The notes below the pieces were generated by a model. That model did not search any database. It had not been told where the DNA came from and saw nothing but the letters and a program-made list of their open reading frames with translations. DNA of 63,540 nt, the filler included, from Lenisia limosa (Eukaryota; Protista; Breviatea), in the NCBI GenBank assembly GCA_001655205.1. It is 8 parts of 8 records of this genome, joined end to end, with 100 filler letters (N's around TTAATTAATTAA, not from the genome) between each part and the next. Parts side by side here need not be neighbours in the genome. Positions count along the whole stretch, not along the records: positions 44,037 to 49,979 come from LPNZ01005037.1; positions 50,080 to 55,787 come from LPNZ01003348.1; positions 55,888 to 57,451 come from LPNZ01009529.1; positions 57,552 to 63,540 come from LPNZ01005784.1; 4 more parts are not named here. The stretch is one strand, 5' to 3'. A program made the translations under genes and the position numbers. Positions 49,501 to 63,540 of this stretch are shown here, one piece after another; position 1 is the first letter of the stretch; each line of letters starts with the position of its first letter.

Positions 49501-52500
49501 CTGATGGGAAGTGGAGCTGCGGGGAGGGGAGTAAAATTGGAAAATTTGTGAAACAAAAACAAAAAAAGTCCAAAATCACAGAAATTGAAAAACTTCTGAA
49601 ATAAAAACAAAAGCACAAAGCCAACGGTATAGTAATACGTTCTTTTGAATCGGGAAACAAAAGAGAGAAACAAAACCATCAGATAACAAAACCCTGAGAT
49701 AAACCACAGTATCAAACAGCGATATGGGGGTTTGTGATAAGAGGAAGTGGAGCTGGGGGGGAGGGGCGATGGGGAAGTTTATGAAACAAAATAAAGCCCA
49801 AATTCAACTCTGTTGGAGCAACACACGAGGTTTGAGGGTTGAGAACAACAAAACAAACAAAGCCCAGGCTAGTCACTTCTTTTTAGCAATATGATATGTA
49901 TCTCCCCCCTCCTCACTCTAACAATTCCATTATTATATCAAGATTCTATACCCTCACTATGCTCTCTACACCCCCCCCCNNNNNNNNNNNNNNNNNNNNN
50001 NNNNNNNNNNNNNNNNNNNNNNNTTAATTAATTAANNNNNNNNNNNNNNNNNNNNNNNNNNNNNNNNNNNNNNNNNNNNTAATCCCATTACTCCAGGTTA
50101 TGGTGTTGTTCAATAAAAGACCGAATTTCCCGATAAATTCTCGAATATCGATATTTTGACATTTCAGACCGTAGGGAACCCCTAGTCATCATGTTACCCA
50201 GCCAACCAGAAGCGTAGGCAACACGGATGTTGTTGGAAGCTTGGATGAACACTTCGGATGGGTATGGCGGGAAGGTGTTCTGGGTCTGGTTGCGTATTAG
50301 ATATAANNNNNNNNNNNNNNNNNNNNNNNNNNNNNNNNNNNNNNNNNNNNNNNNNNNNNNNNNNNNNNNNNNNNNNNNNNNNNNNNNNNNNNNNNNNNNN
50401 NNNNNNNNNNNNNNNNNNNNNNNNNNNNNNNNNNNNCATGACAACTGAACGTCTCTCCTGGTAGACAGTTTAAGAAGATTAAAACAAATGTAACAATAGA
50501 TAACAGAAGGGGAAATGTTAGTGTCTCATTTTTGAAGATAAGAAAATAATATCCAATGATTTCCCAGCGCAGCACCCATTTAGCCTAGTGTTTCATTTTT
50601 GAAGAAATCTATGTATCCTGTAATTCCAGTGCAGCATCCATTTAGCCTACCTGAATGAGCAGTTTTGCTTTCTTCTGTCCAATTTCATGGCCTGAAATGG
50701 TGAGCAATCATGGTGTGACTCCGGCCACAAGCTTATGCATTTCTCGATAAATCATAGGGCTCCGTGTAATTAATTTTTTGAGGAAATTAATTCAGACAAA
50801 AATAGAAATTAAAGTGTCTGGAAGAGGGTTCAAATTCTGATATTAATTTTTCAAATAATTGCACTGAGCCCTATAAATCCTCATGAAAATGTCAACATTA
50901 CGGAGGAGCAGATCCTATCCTGAAGGGCTAATGCTTGGTGTCTACATTATCTAGATTAAGTCAGCACAATGGCTGTGGTAGTCTTGACCGATTGCAATGT
51001 GATATCCGCAGGAAAATCGGCCAAGACTTTCCACGCCATTGTATTTAGGACGATGTACAGTGACGGGATAAGTCTTGGACCGATTTTCCTTGGGAATTCA
51101 GCAAATCGGTCAAAACTTATCCTGGTCACTGTCTGTGGTAAAATTGGTGTGGACGGCTTCGGCCAGATCTTGTTTTCTCCATCTCTACATACTCCAAAAA
51201 CGTCCATCCGTCCCACCGATTCTGAGCTCAACCTTCGACTCCTTCAAAAACTTCTGATACGTTGACCTGGGGGAGATAAATAAGGGAAATTTCGGGGGGA
51301 AATGGGTAGTATCAGGCCAAAACCAAAACCGTCCATCCCATACGCTAAAAAAAAATATTCGTATAATGCTCACAAGCACAATGCTTACAACAAAATACAC
51401 AGGTATCTATATGCGATTTCAAAAGCACCAATGATATGCGGCAGAATTATGATTATTTAAAAAATAAAAGAGTATAAAGGCAAGTACAAAAGATGCAAGA
51501 TAATGAACTCAGCAAAGCCCAGAAAAGACCCTGACATACTCAGTGAGAATGTCCCATGGAGCCAGCTTGATGGTAGCGCTCCGAACCTCAATCACTGCAA
51601 ACGCCGGGATGGTGTGTCGGATGCCAGCTTCAATGTGGAAAACCTGGAGGCGTTTGTGAACAACAATATATCATATAGCAATAAGAAATTAAAAATTAGG
51701 TTGTATCTGGCTGAAGCCGTCTATACCATCAGAATAATAGATAATTATAATATATTCAAATGTTAGAGAAAACATCTCCTAGAGAAAACAGTGAACAAGG
51801 GATACAATAAAGGATGGTAACCCCAATATAGCTATAAAAAAATCTGGGAGCAAAACCATCCTTGCTGATAAAATACAGCACATTAATCGAAATCTAGAAG
51901 CTATGTCAGAATTATACGTATCCAGACAAAATATCGATATATATCGGGCTAATCGAGAAACTTAGTCGTGTTATAGACCCAAGAGAAGCCCTATCTGTCC
52001 ACCACATGGTCTCTTGGTGGAGAAAACTTAGTCAATTATTCCCAAAATTTAGTTGAAAGCTGGTATAAGGCCCCAGCATAAATGCTAATATTTGACATAT
52101 CAAAAGTGATATGGTGATATGACCGAATTTCGAGTCGGAATAATGAACGAGGATAATACGAGGGATTCAAAATTAGAGTGTATAAGAGTATCATTGAGAC
52201 TTTTCGGTCTATTATCATACGAGTGGCAATAAGGTAACAAATTACTGCATGAAAAACGATAGTTCATACCATGAAAGCCCCAAAAGTGATACGACGGGCC
52301 AAAAAGACTGAATTCACAAAACATATCACTCTTGTTTAAAAGCTTGGGGAAAACGGGCACAAGTGACAATAACTCTCACCATAGACTGCCATGAAGTGAC
52401 GTGGCATACAGCCAGATGAAACTGTGTTAAGAACAGCGGCTCTCTACAAGAAGATTAGAATGCGACAAGGTATTATGTACGATATATATCAAGGTTATTC

Positions 52501-52790
52501 ATCTGACCGAAGTGTTAACAACATCTATTTTTGAGAACGTCTGTTAATGTTATTCAATATATTTTCATTTCCCTTAGTTTTGAGTATCATGCGTATAGAA
52601 ACGATAAACAAGCCTCCCGCACACACCCAACCTTCCAGTAGGATCCTGAATGATACAGACGATCAAACAGAATAGTCTCTTTAAAACCCCACAAACCGTG
52701 AACCACAGTACCATGTCACTTCAAACAGCATGGTGGAACCACCAACAAGAGAGATTTGGTTGAGCTAACTGAGTACAACCATTGCAAATG
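46570..52790 (-). CDS. Large multi-exon hypothetical gene or genes with Pro/Ser-rich C-terminus; internal boundaries unresolved
   Basis: Long Pro-rich ORFs 46570-46884 and 47165-47599; upstream exons VKPPSDLSKLDRPVRRNWKK, DHPLIPRGNTVIEPLVNPRQ, VFHIEAGIRHTIPAFAVIEVRSATIKLAPWDILTE, SLVGGSTMLFEVTW. Confidence 0.5.
47147..47235. mobile_element. Family A MITE, one TIR truncated
   Basis: tagggcttccctac plus reversed core. Confidence 0.75.
49288..49408 (-). mobile_element. Family B dispersed element, near full length
   Basis: caaggttgtatctggccgaagccctccacaccatcacgcttattagagatattagattctag...aattcacccaaccaattaccatacaactctgtgaac. Confidence 0.85.
50113..50185. mobile_element. Family A MITE, left TIR missing
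   Basis: reversed core plus gaccgtagggaacccctag. Confidence 0.7.
50967..51041. mobile_element. Family C-related MITE (CAATG termini)
   Basis: caatggctgtggtagtcttgaccgatt...aatcggccaagactttccacgccattg followed by TA. Confidence 0.75.
51058..51131. mobile_element. Family C MITE
   Basis: TA-cagtgacgggataagtcttggaccgat...atcggtcaaaacttatcctggtcactg. Confidence 0.85.
51925..51991. mobile_element. Degenerate family A copy
   Basis: aatatcgatatatatcggg..atcgagaaacttagtc..gaagcccta. Confidence 0.5.
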
Positions 52791-53098
52791 TCGTTATGTC
52801 GTCATTTCCCACTTTTCGTATGTTTAATTTTGCTATAACTGTCTGTGACTTATCTAGAGCTCTAGTCATTTAAGAGAGCGGTGGAANNNNNNNNNNNNNN
52901 NNNNNNNNNNNNNNNNNNNNNNNNNNNNNNNNNNNNNNNNNNNNNNNNNNNCGTGATGAATGTTGGATGGATAATAAATTAAATTCAACTGTCGACTTTG
53001 GCGACAGAGTCGAATTTTTCGCTTTTTTGGATATTTAAGCACAGGAAGAAGCAGGACTTGACTTATTCAACATATATCCTTTGACAAACTACGGAAAG

Positions 53099-55683
<2,585 letters not shown>

Positions 55684-56041
55684 AGTCGTTGTCGTTGTTT
55701 ATGGTTATGTTTGTTTCTTCTATCTACTTTTTCATATTGTCAATTTCATTTAGTATTTATTTCCCTTTCTCCTGATTTACCCTGAGANNNNNNNNNNNNN
55801 NNNNNNNNNNNNNNNNNNNNNNNNNNNNNNNTTAATTAATTAANNNNNNNNNNNNNNNNNNNNNNNNNNNNNNNNNNNNNNNNNNNNGGGGGGGGGGGGG
55901 GAGGCGCTGGTGTCTCTTTGTTGAGGCTCTAAATGTGGGGTGTGCGTGTTTTCAACATTTAAATCCTTGGCAATAGCATTTCACAGTTGCATTCGTTGTA
56001 TCTTCTATCAATATTAAACCGTGGTCGTCACCATACAAATG

Positions 56042-56136
56042 GGGCTTCACTTTGATTCGAAAAATGACCAAAGATCTCGATAAATCCTCCAAAACTATCG
56101 ATATTTTGTCAGTCTTTTCGGACCGAAGTGAAGCCC
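56042..56136. mobile_element. Family A MITE (core reversed)
   Basis: gggcttcactttga...ggaccgaagtgaagccc. Confidence 0.88.
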
Positions 56137-56828
56137 TGCATACAAATAATCTCTCTCTCCAAAATCAGTCCAAATTCAAATCAGACTCGTAAATGGCCAA
56201 ATAATCNNNNNNNNNNNNNNNNNNNNNNNNNNNNNNNNNNNNNNNNNNNNNNNNNNNNNNNNNNNNNNNNNNNNNNNNNNNNNNNNNNNNNNNNNNNNNN
56301 NNNNNNNNNNNNNNNNNNNNNNNNNNNNNNNNNNNNNNNNNNNNNNNNNNNNNNNNNGAAACAAATAAATACAAAGGATTATAAAAACAAACTACCATGT
56401 CGCCACGCGTCGTCTATTATTAGCTAGATAATTTAGTCTTATATATAAATTTCCAAGATACACTCACCCCCGCTTAAGCGACTGGCGTGGGCTTTGTTTC
56501 GTGTTATCAGAGTTGATTTTGGGGTTTTTTTTGTTTTGTTTTTTAAATTGTCCAATTTCACTCCGCCACCCGACCTGACACCCCCCCCCCCCNNNNNNNN
56601 NNNNNNNNNNNNNNNNNNNNNNNNNNNNNNNNNNNNNNNNNNNNNNNNNNNNNNNNNNNNNNNNNNNNNNNNNNNNNNNNNNNNNNNNNNNNNNNNNNNA
56701 GAAGAAGAGGCCACGGGAAGATGACGATGATGCTGGCAGATGATGGTCATGATTTTTCTACTGATTTGATTTTCTTTCAATGTACACATTTTCAATCCAA
56801 GAACGGAGGGAATTATACAAGGGTCTAC

Positions 56829-56898
56829 CTAGGGCTTCACTTCGGTCCGAAAAAGACGGTAAAACATCGATAGTTTCGAGGATTTGTCGAGAAATTCA
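56829..56898. mobile_element. Family A MITE left part, followed by a family B fragment
   Basis: ctagggcttcacttcggtccgaaaaagac plus core. Confidence 0.75.
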
Positions 56899-57060
56899 AA
56901 TAAACCATATAAGAATAAATTCACAATCATTTGCCTTATAACTCTACACACCGCTTTCTGCGTGCCTCCCAAGCACAATATAGCCTTGGAAGACTCCCCG
57001 AGAGGAAACAATCCATAACAAAAACAACCTACTACACTTTACCATACCAAGCCCCAGGCT

Positions 57061-57440
57061 TTACTCGTCCTTAATACACAGCCCCATGAGATTATAGGCA
57101 ATCTGTGCAGAAGCAAAGTCAGAGGCGTGATCGAGGGTTTGGGGGGCTAATTCAACGACGTCAATACCGATAACCTGAACTCAGTTATGGAAGTTGTGGG
57201 AGGAGCACGGATATCTCACCGGTGCATCGACTTGGAATTCCCTTGTAGTTGGGAATCCCAAAAATTTCTTCAATTTTTTAAAATATGTGGGATTCTAAGA
57301 TTCTCCCTCACCTTCTTGCCCTTGGAGATCGTCTCGAGCATTTTGATAGCCTGCCAGTACAACAGACCCCCAGGTACAGGGGTGCCAGTGGCTCGGATCA
57401 CAGAGGGGTCCATACCATCAACATCAACTGTAATGTAGAT
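57061..57440 (-). CDS. speB: Agmatinase (arginase/ureohydrolase family), last two exons; 5' part lost in linker gap
   Basis: IYITVDVDGMDPSVIRATGTPVPGGLLYWQAIKML|VIGIDVVELAP..HASDFASAQIAYNLMGL; DxD metal motif and GTP motif. Confidence 0.88.
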
Positions 57441-57551
57441 CTGGGGTACGGNNNNNNNNNNNNNNNNNNNNNNNNNNNNNNNNNNNNNNNNNNNNTTAAT
57501 TAATTAANNNNNNNNNNNNNNNNNNNNNNNNNNNNNNNNNNNNNNNNNNNN

Positions 57552-57611
57552 TCCATCACTCCATCACTCCATCACTCCATCACTCCATCACTCCATCACT
57601 CCATCACTCCA
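57552..57611. repeat. (TCCATCAC)n octamer array at a contig edge
   Basis: tccatcac x7. Confidence 0.92.
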
Positions 57612-59191
57612 GCGTACGAGGGGTAAGTATGGGTTGGGATTTACCCCTGATGGAGTGTGTGTAGGGTATAAACATCATATGGAATTTACCCTGATAATGG
57701 GGGCTATAACCCTCCCCCCCCCCAACTTATTTGTGGCGGCGGGCTTCGGATTTGTATCGAGTTAACGTTTGCTGAGTGGACTGGAACCGGAGCCTGCGGG
57801 GGGGAGTAAAGGGATCAGCGTAACAAGAGGGGAAGAAACCATATCCAACAGCGATACCGCATCAGAGAATGGTAATATACACTGATAATTACCTCTGACT
57901 ACACATATAAAAACGATGAGTGTGAGACAAAAAGCAACATTCTTCATAAAATAATAAATCCTCGAAAACTAGTCGCATTAGTTTTTGGTCACGAGGCTTT
58001 TGCGGTGTTGAAGTCTGAAGCCCAGGCCAACCTGCAGCATTGTGGAGGGCGGTGAGGTCTTTTTTTCAGTTCCAGTTGGGGGCATTGTCTCTGTCATCTT
58101 CGAAGTTAATTGGAGAAAGTATAAAGCAAGGTACGTATACAGTAGAGTGAGGCGAAAGAGATTGTTCTTGTTACTGTGAAGCGAAGTCAGAACTCACCTC
58201 GGTCCCAAACAACTGTGGCAGCTAAACATATATACATATCATATGTATGAAAAGGCTCATATGGCTGTGAGAAAACCCATATTAATCTTCACAACAAAAT
58301 AACATGACATGTGATATTTCATAAATGATTCCAAAAAGGTGTCAATAGAATAAGAAAAAACTGACACCTCTCTATTGATTTGGAGTTAAGTCGTGAATCC
58401 CTTCACATTATATTCTTCATCGTAGTTTTCATGGTTGCCCCCCCCATCAAATTTCCATTGTTGGCCCCCGAACCGATTCATTAGTTGCAATCTGGACACT
58501 ATCTGGGGACGAGGTGGGAACGACCACTCGCAGATCTAACATTGGTCAAAATGACANNNNNNNNNNNNNNNNNNNNNNNNNNNNNNNNNNNNNNNNNNNN
58601 NGAAGCTCTTATAAATATCAAAATGTATGATGGGTCTATTCAAAATTCCTGGGTTGTTTTTGTAAAAACATGTCAGATTTTTAGGATTCTGGGTGAATCT
58701 TTAATTTTATGACAAGAAATGAAATTGACCCAAAGAATATTGCTTTTCGATTTTTTTCTCAAAGAAAATGTTATGTACACATACATAAATATTTTGGGCT
58801 TTAATACAAAGTAGTCATTTGTGAAATTATTTTGAAAATAATCTCGTCAATCAATTGCAACAAAAAAAATAAAATAACTAGTGACAAAACAATTCTATGC
58901 TCTGTATGATCAAGATTGGAGAATTGAATTAGGAACTTTAGACATTGACGGAGAAATAAAAACCATTTACAATAGATCTGTCTCAAGTTCATCATAGAAT
59001 CAAGAGAGCTCCAAAGATTTCAATAATATAGAAGAACTATGACAGTGAATTAATAATGTGTTACAAACCAAGATGATTGTATTCCTATTTATCCTTCAAA
59101 ACAACCACAACCAATCAACTCACAATACTCATTCAGAATATTAAATCGCGAACCCCAAGATGTCCTGATTCAACAGAACAAAACGTCCCAT

Positions 59192-59690
59192 TTAAAGAAG
59201 ACTTCGCTCACTTGCAAGCCCCTTCCGAGCAACAGCATTCTTGTTCATAAAGTTTGGACTGAATCTGCCAACAGGCGTTGTTGAGAGACTTCTCAGCACT
59301 TCCGCTGCACGATGTTGAGCTGGATCAACTTGTGAAGAAGACGTCATAGGGGGGCCACTTGTTATGAGACTAAAACAACATCATCAATAATACTGAAGCA
59401 ATCCCTGGGTGTTAATGTCACTGTGGCTAAAGAGAGAGCGTTGTGGAATTTGGTGAAAGGTGGCTCTTGCGGTGAGCGGATAACAATCGCCGATTCAGAA
59501 TCGATCGAACGTATTTGTAACAAACCTGCTCAACAAAACCTTCTATATTAGGAAGGTTTCCAATCTTCCTTTTTAAAAACTGATCTGTGGACAATACATG
59601 CGATATTTCTTGCGCCAAAATGTTCATTTAGGTTAATCTGAAACATTTCCTTACAATAGCGGCCTTGTTGTTGAGCAAAAAGCTTTCCAC
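59192..59690 (-). CDS. Small hypothetical protein
   Basis: NILAQEISHVLSTDQFLKRKIGNLPNIEGFVEQVCYKYVRSIL and last exon ..VDPAQHRAAEVLRSLSTTPVGRFSPNFMNKNAVARKGLASERSLL*. Confidence 0.5.
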
Positions 59691-59842
59691 TTGTATATTA
59701 ATCAAAACTAATCACATTTTAGTGAAAGTATTTTTTTCCATTGAGTACAATTATAGCATATTGATAAAGTAGTATTATTATATATATAACTAAATTCGAA
59801 TATGAGAACGTGAAATTCCTCCTCCTATCCTGGTATCACTAA

Positions 59843-62800
59843 ATGTTGGTCTTCGATGTCAGGTTATCCAATTGCTCATGTATATCTGAAATAATAAAGA
59901 CATGCTTATATTAAAGTGCATATTATTAATATTCAGATTTCACTTTCATTTTTGTTGAAGGCTTCTCATCCTTTGAAGGCCGCTATCCTCCTACCGCCGG
60001 AGCAATGCTGTCAGCGAGGCTACAACTATACTCTTTGACACCAAGGTTGGGTTACTGTTCGAGGTCCTTCTGTTAAATCTTCTCTTCCATCGCTCTCCTC
60101 GATTAATTTCTATCTACCAGGCCTCTGGAGTGGCAAACCTTAGCTTCTCGGTGTGTTTCTTCACGGTCCTCGTGCTGACAGTGCGAGATGAGTTTCAAGA
60201 CCGCACCTACCTCTACGGCTTCCTTTGGGTCTTCTTCAGCGTCTCTGCCCTTTCATTAGCCAAGGTAACAGCCCTGTTGGGATGTTGTTGGACTATGTTG
60301 AAGAACGCTGTCGCTGTTTGGTCTTGAGGTCATCTTCCAGATTGGAAGGATCAAATACGGGCCCGTAGGAAGAGCGGCCCTCCAACTCTCCGCTTTTGCC
60401 TCCGCCGACGTGTCTGCCACCATTATGGTACCCGGGGTGTTAGGGGGTTATGGAGGATTTCCCGCATGTTGATTTGGTGCGATTGAGTGGAGGGTTCCAA
60501 ACAGTCCTTTTTCTAGATATGCCGTGGAATAGTTATTAGGCGGTTTCTGGGTTTGAATGTTACGTCGTATTTCAATCTGATATTGTGTTAATTTTGTGAT
60601 TTTCTCAAATCTTTCTATTTATGATTATAGTCGGGATTTTTTTTACGCCTTGTTTTCAGGTTTGATGTGTTGTTTGCTATTCTGCTGTTGGTACATTTCT
60701 CTGACATCCAAGAAAAAAGTTACACATTGGAAACTGCGCAAAGTCATCCCCTGGTTCTATTATGCCGTAGGCCTGGCTTTATTGCACAATTAGAGCATTG
60801 GGTGAAATGGACAGCAGCTCACTGTCGTCTTGAGCCGATTATCAACATAGATTTGTTCTTGAGCTTCACTTTCGCATGGAAAGTGTCGTGTCTTTGTGGA
60901 ATTGAAAGTCAAGTTGTCACGAACAATAGAATAGAGCATATTTTAAGTTCCAAGAGCGATTTTTAAATTGTCGTTGACAGTTTGCCTGTTTGCAGAATGA
61001 ATTGTCACATTTCATATTTTTAACAATTTAATTTGAAATTTAACATTCTTGCTTGGTTAGCTTCTTCATATCAGCCAAAAAGGGAAATCGATTTCTTCAA
61101 TTTTGAAATTACCAAGTTATTTGATATTGAAATTTGAAAATTCAATAAACCTAATCAATTTACATCTCCTTTAGAACCGAAATGCTCAACTAAGTACTAT
61201 TTCAACCACACACCCCCCATATGGGGAGGGGTCATATGTTAACATGTTTTTTTCAGGGTTTATCTCACCTCACAATGTCCCAAGGTTTTATTATCGAACT
61301 AACCAAAACAGTCTGCGTTTTTCACTGCAAACCGCCTGGTGTGGATGCTTGGAATAAACTCGACCGTTGCAACCGTCAACTATTCCACGGACTACTCCGC
61401 TGCTATGATGGTGGTCAATACGCTTCTGGCTTGTGGGGGGGGGGTGATTATATTATATAGCATATTCTATGTAATACTACTTAGGCTTCCCTACGATCCG
61501 AAAAAGACAGTCAACATATCGATGTTTATCGAGGATTTATCGGGAAAATCAGTCTTTTTTTTAGGACCGTAGGGAAGCTCTAAATACTACACATGTATAT
61601 ATAATATGCTTTACTATCATACTNNNNNNNNNNNNNNNNNNNNNNNNNNNNNNNNNNNNNNNNNNNNNNNNNNNNNNNNNNNNNNNNNNNNNNNNNNNNN
61701 NNNNNNNNNNNNNNNNNNNNNNNNNNNNNNNNNNNNNNNNNNNNNNNNNNNNNNNNNNNNNNNNNNNNNNNNNNNNNNNNNNNNNNNNNNNNNNNNNNNN
61801 NNNNNNNNNNNNNNNTCTGATATTTCAGGTTGTTTCACCACCCTGCCAGCGATAGTAGCCATTGCAATTGAGATATTAATCTGGATATATTTCGTCTTCA
61901 CCAGCAAAGTCTTTTTTGATAAGGTCCATCCGTTTGTGGGGTATGAACCTGCATTTTTTCTCAAATGAAAAAGGTGGTATCGGCGTCCATCATGTTTGTT
62001 ATATATTATTATGATATATACTATCAGATGTAAAAGGGATATTGGATGAGAGTACAACACATAGGGCTCCATGCAATCATAATTTGAAGAGACCTATTTT
62101 TATGGGAACTCCATGCCGTTTCACGGATTGATGCATATTCTATACGCTGATATTTTATCAATATCATTTTAACAATAGGTATTCTCACAATCTAAATTGC
62201 ATCTCAGGTATCTAAAAGGGGCTCTGATCCATCAATGATGTACAGCTGTTTAGTTCCAATCTTTATAACACATGTAACTAATGTAGACTGCCCCTAATGA
62301 TGGCGCTGGGCGTCATAACCATCATGTTCCTGATATTTTCGCGGAGGAACCTTCTGAGGGAGGTGAGCATATGGCCCCTTGTTCTTTTAATCACACTTGG
62401 TTGAAACCAGTTTTACCTCAAGTGTTAAGCCAACAGACTCGTTTTGTTTTGTTTCATAGAAATGTCCTTCATTTACTCCACGTAGAGAAGGGTCAAACTG
62501 CAGCATCGTTTGCAGACTGAAAATAAAAAAATGGGTAGGATATTAGAACATGGAGGAAGTTGGCATGGAGTTGTCGTCATTTGATATTGTACTTATGTCA
62601 TTGATATCATATTGTTATATTACCATATTATACATACTATAGCAATATGTACACTACATTAGCACCTTATTCACCATTTTCACAATTGATTTTTGGCAAT
62701 AATAGAGCCATATCCTTGTAAAATAAGAAAGCGATTATGGACCCATACCATCTTTCATCTGTTGGTAAAACTTACTAAATCTTATACTTATCGATTAATC

Positions 62801-63540
62801 TTACAGAGCTTCTTATTCATTAATTACAGAGCTTCTTATCGACAACATTCTTCCAAAACACATCTTGGAGATCCTGAAGCTGGTAGGCGATGGGATTTGT
62901 CAGAATATAGGAGTGTTATTTGCTGTTTCTTCAATCACCTTCATTTTTTCTCACCCTTTTATCCCCCCCCCCCTCCTATTTTGCCACNNNNNNNNNNNNN
63001 NNNNNNNNNNNNNNNNNNNNNNNNNNNNNNNNNNNNNNNNNNNNNNNNNNNNNNNAAGACGTTTCTATCATGTTCATCAATGTGAGAGTGACTGTGGCGC
63101 TTTAGGTTCCTTCATTCTCTTTTATGAGTGTGGTTGTGGATGGCTTCGGCAGATACTTTGTTTCTGTTCTCATTGTAGTAGTTTTTGTTCATTTTTTCAA
63201 TCACAGACAATTACGGATTTAGATGAACATGCTAAACTCCTTGTCAGAAGGTGCTTCACCAAATTACGTGAGCGAAGGAGGCTGGAAAAAATGGATAGCT
63301 TATTGGGGAACTCTGCTTATTGGTTACAATGTCCTTCTCGAACCATTTTGGTTCAGTCTCAATGGTCAGCATATCATTTCTTAATAATAAAGTGATGGCA
63401 ATATGTTTTACTAATTTTTGACCTGTTTAGATTGTAATGGAGGTCTGTAAGATCAGCGCGGTTGTAGACAGCGTGGTCCCTAAAATGAACCTGTGAGTGG
63501 AATAGGTATCACATTGTGTCCTTTGTGGAAGGTGTCACAT
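59843..63540 (+). CDS. Multi-pass membrane class III adenylate/guanylate cyclase (3' end beyond window; start approximate)
   Basis: Several hydrophobic exons, then RRVKLQHRLQTENKKM|ELLIDNILPKHILEILK (helical linker) and DVSIMFINVR (start of catalytic domain). Confidence 0.75.
61483..61580. mobile_element. Family A MITE (cttccc subtype)
   Basis: aggcttccctacgatccgaaaaagac...ggaccgtagggaagctc. Confidence 0.88.

Noticed and set aside
50956-51265. Overlapping ORFs on both strands
   Set aside because: Largely explained by the self-complementary family C MITEs and a family B fragment
59192-59370. Basic exon initially suspected to be a ribosomal protein
   Set aside because: Translation shows no recognisable ribosomal protein motif

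Overview
Gene-dense, intron-rich region of an unidentified unicellular eukaryote (AT-rich GT-AG introns of mostly about 45-300 nt). TAA, TAG and TGA all end reconstructed genes, so the code appears standard. It is a draft scaffold with many N gaps, seven containing the artificial TTAATTAATTAA linker, so adjacency across those joins is unreliable. By manual exon stitching I recognise about 22 genes: a Cys-rich type I membrane protein, a polyprenol reductase-like protein, a bacterial-type YedF/DsrE-like protein, a divergent UBA1-like E1, TMEM230, a bZIP factor, eIF3j, an SLC26/SulP transporter (truncated by a gap), an Old Yellow Enzyme, an agmatinase 3' half, a membrane nucleotide cyclase (runs off the end) and several hypothetical genes. 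Introns carry at least four families of short dispersed repeats. The most interesting signal is family A, a ~85-120 bp GGGCTTC...GAAGCCC inverted-repeat MITE: two copies end exactly on the TAG 3' splice site of short introns that consist mostly of the element (introner-like). Family B is an asymmetric element with a cUUCGg hairpin, mostly co-oriented with host transcripts. Exon boundaries of hypothetical genes are approximate and all homology calls are by eye, not from database searches.
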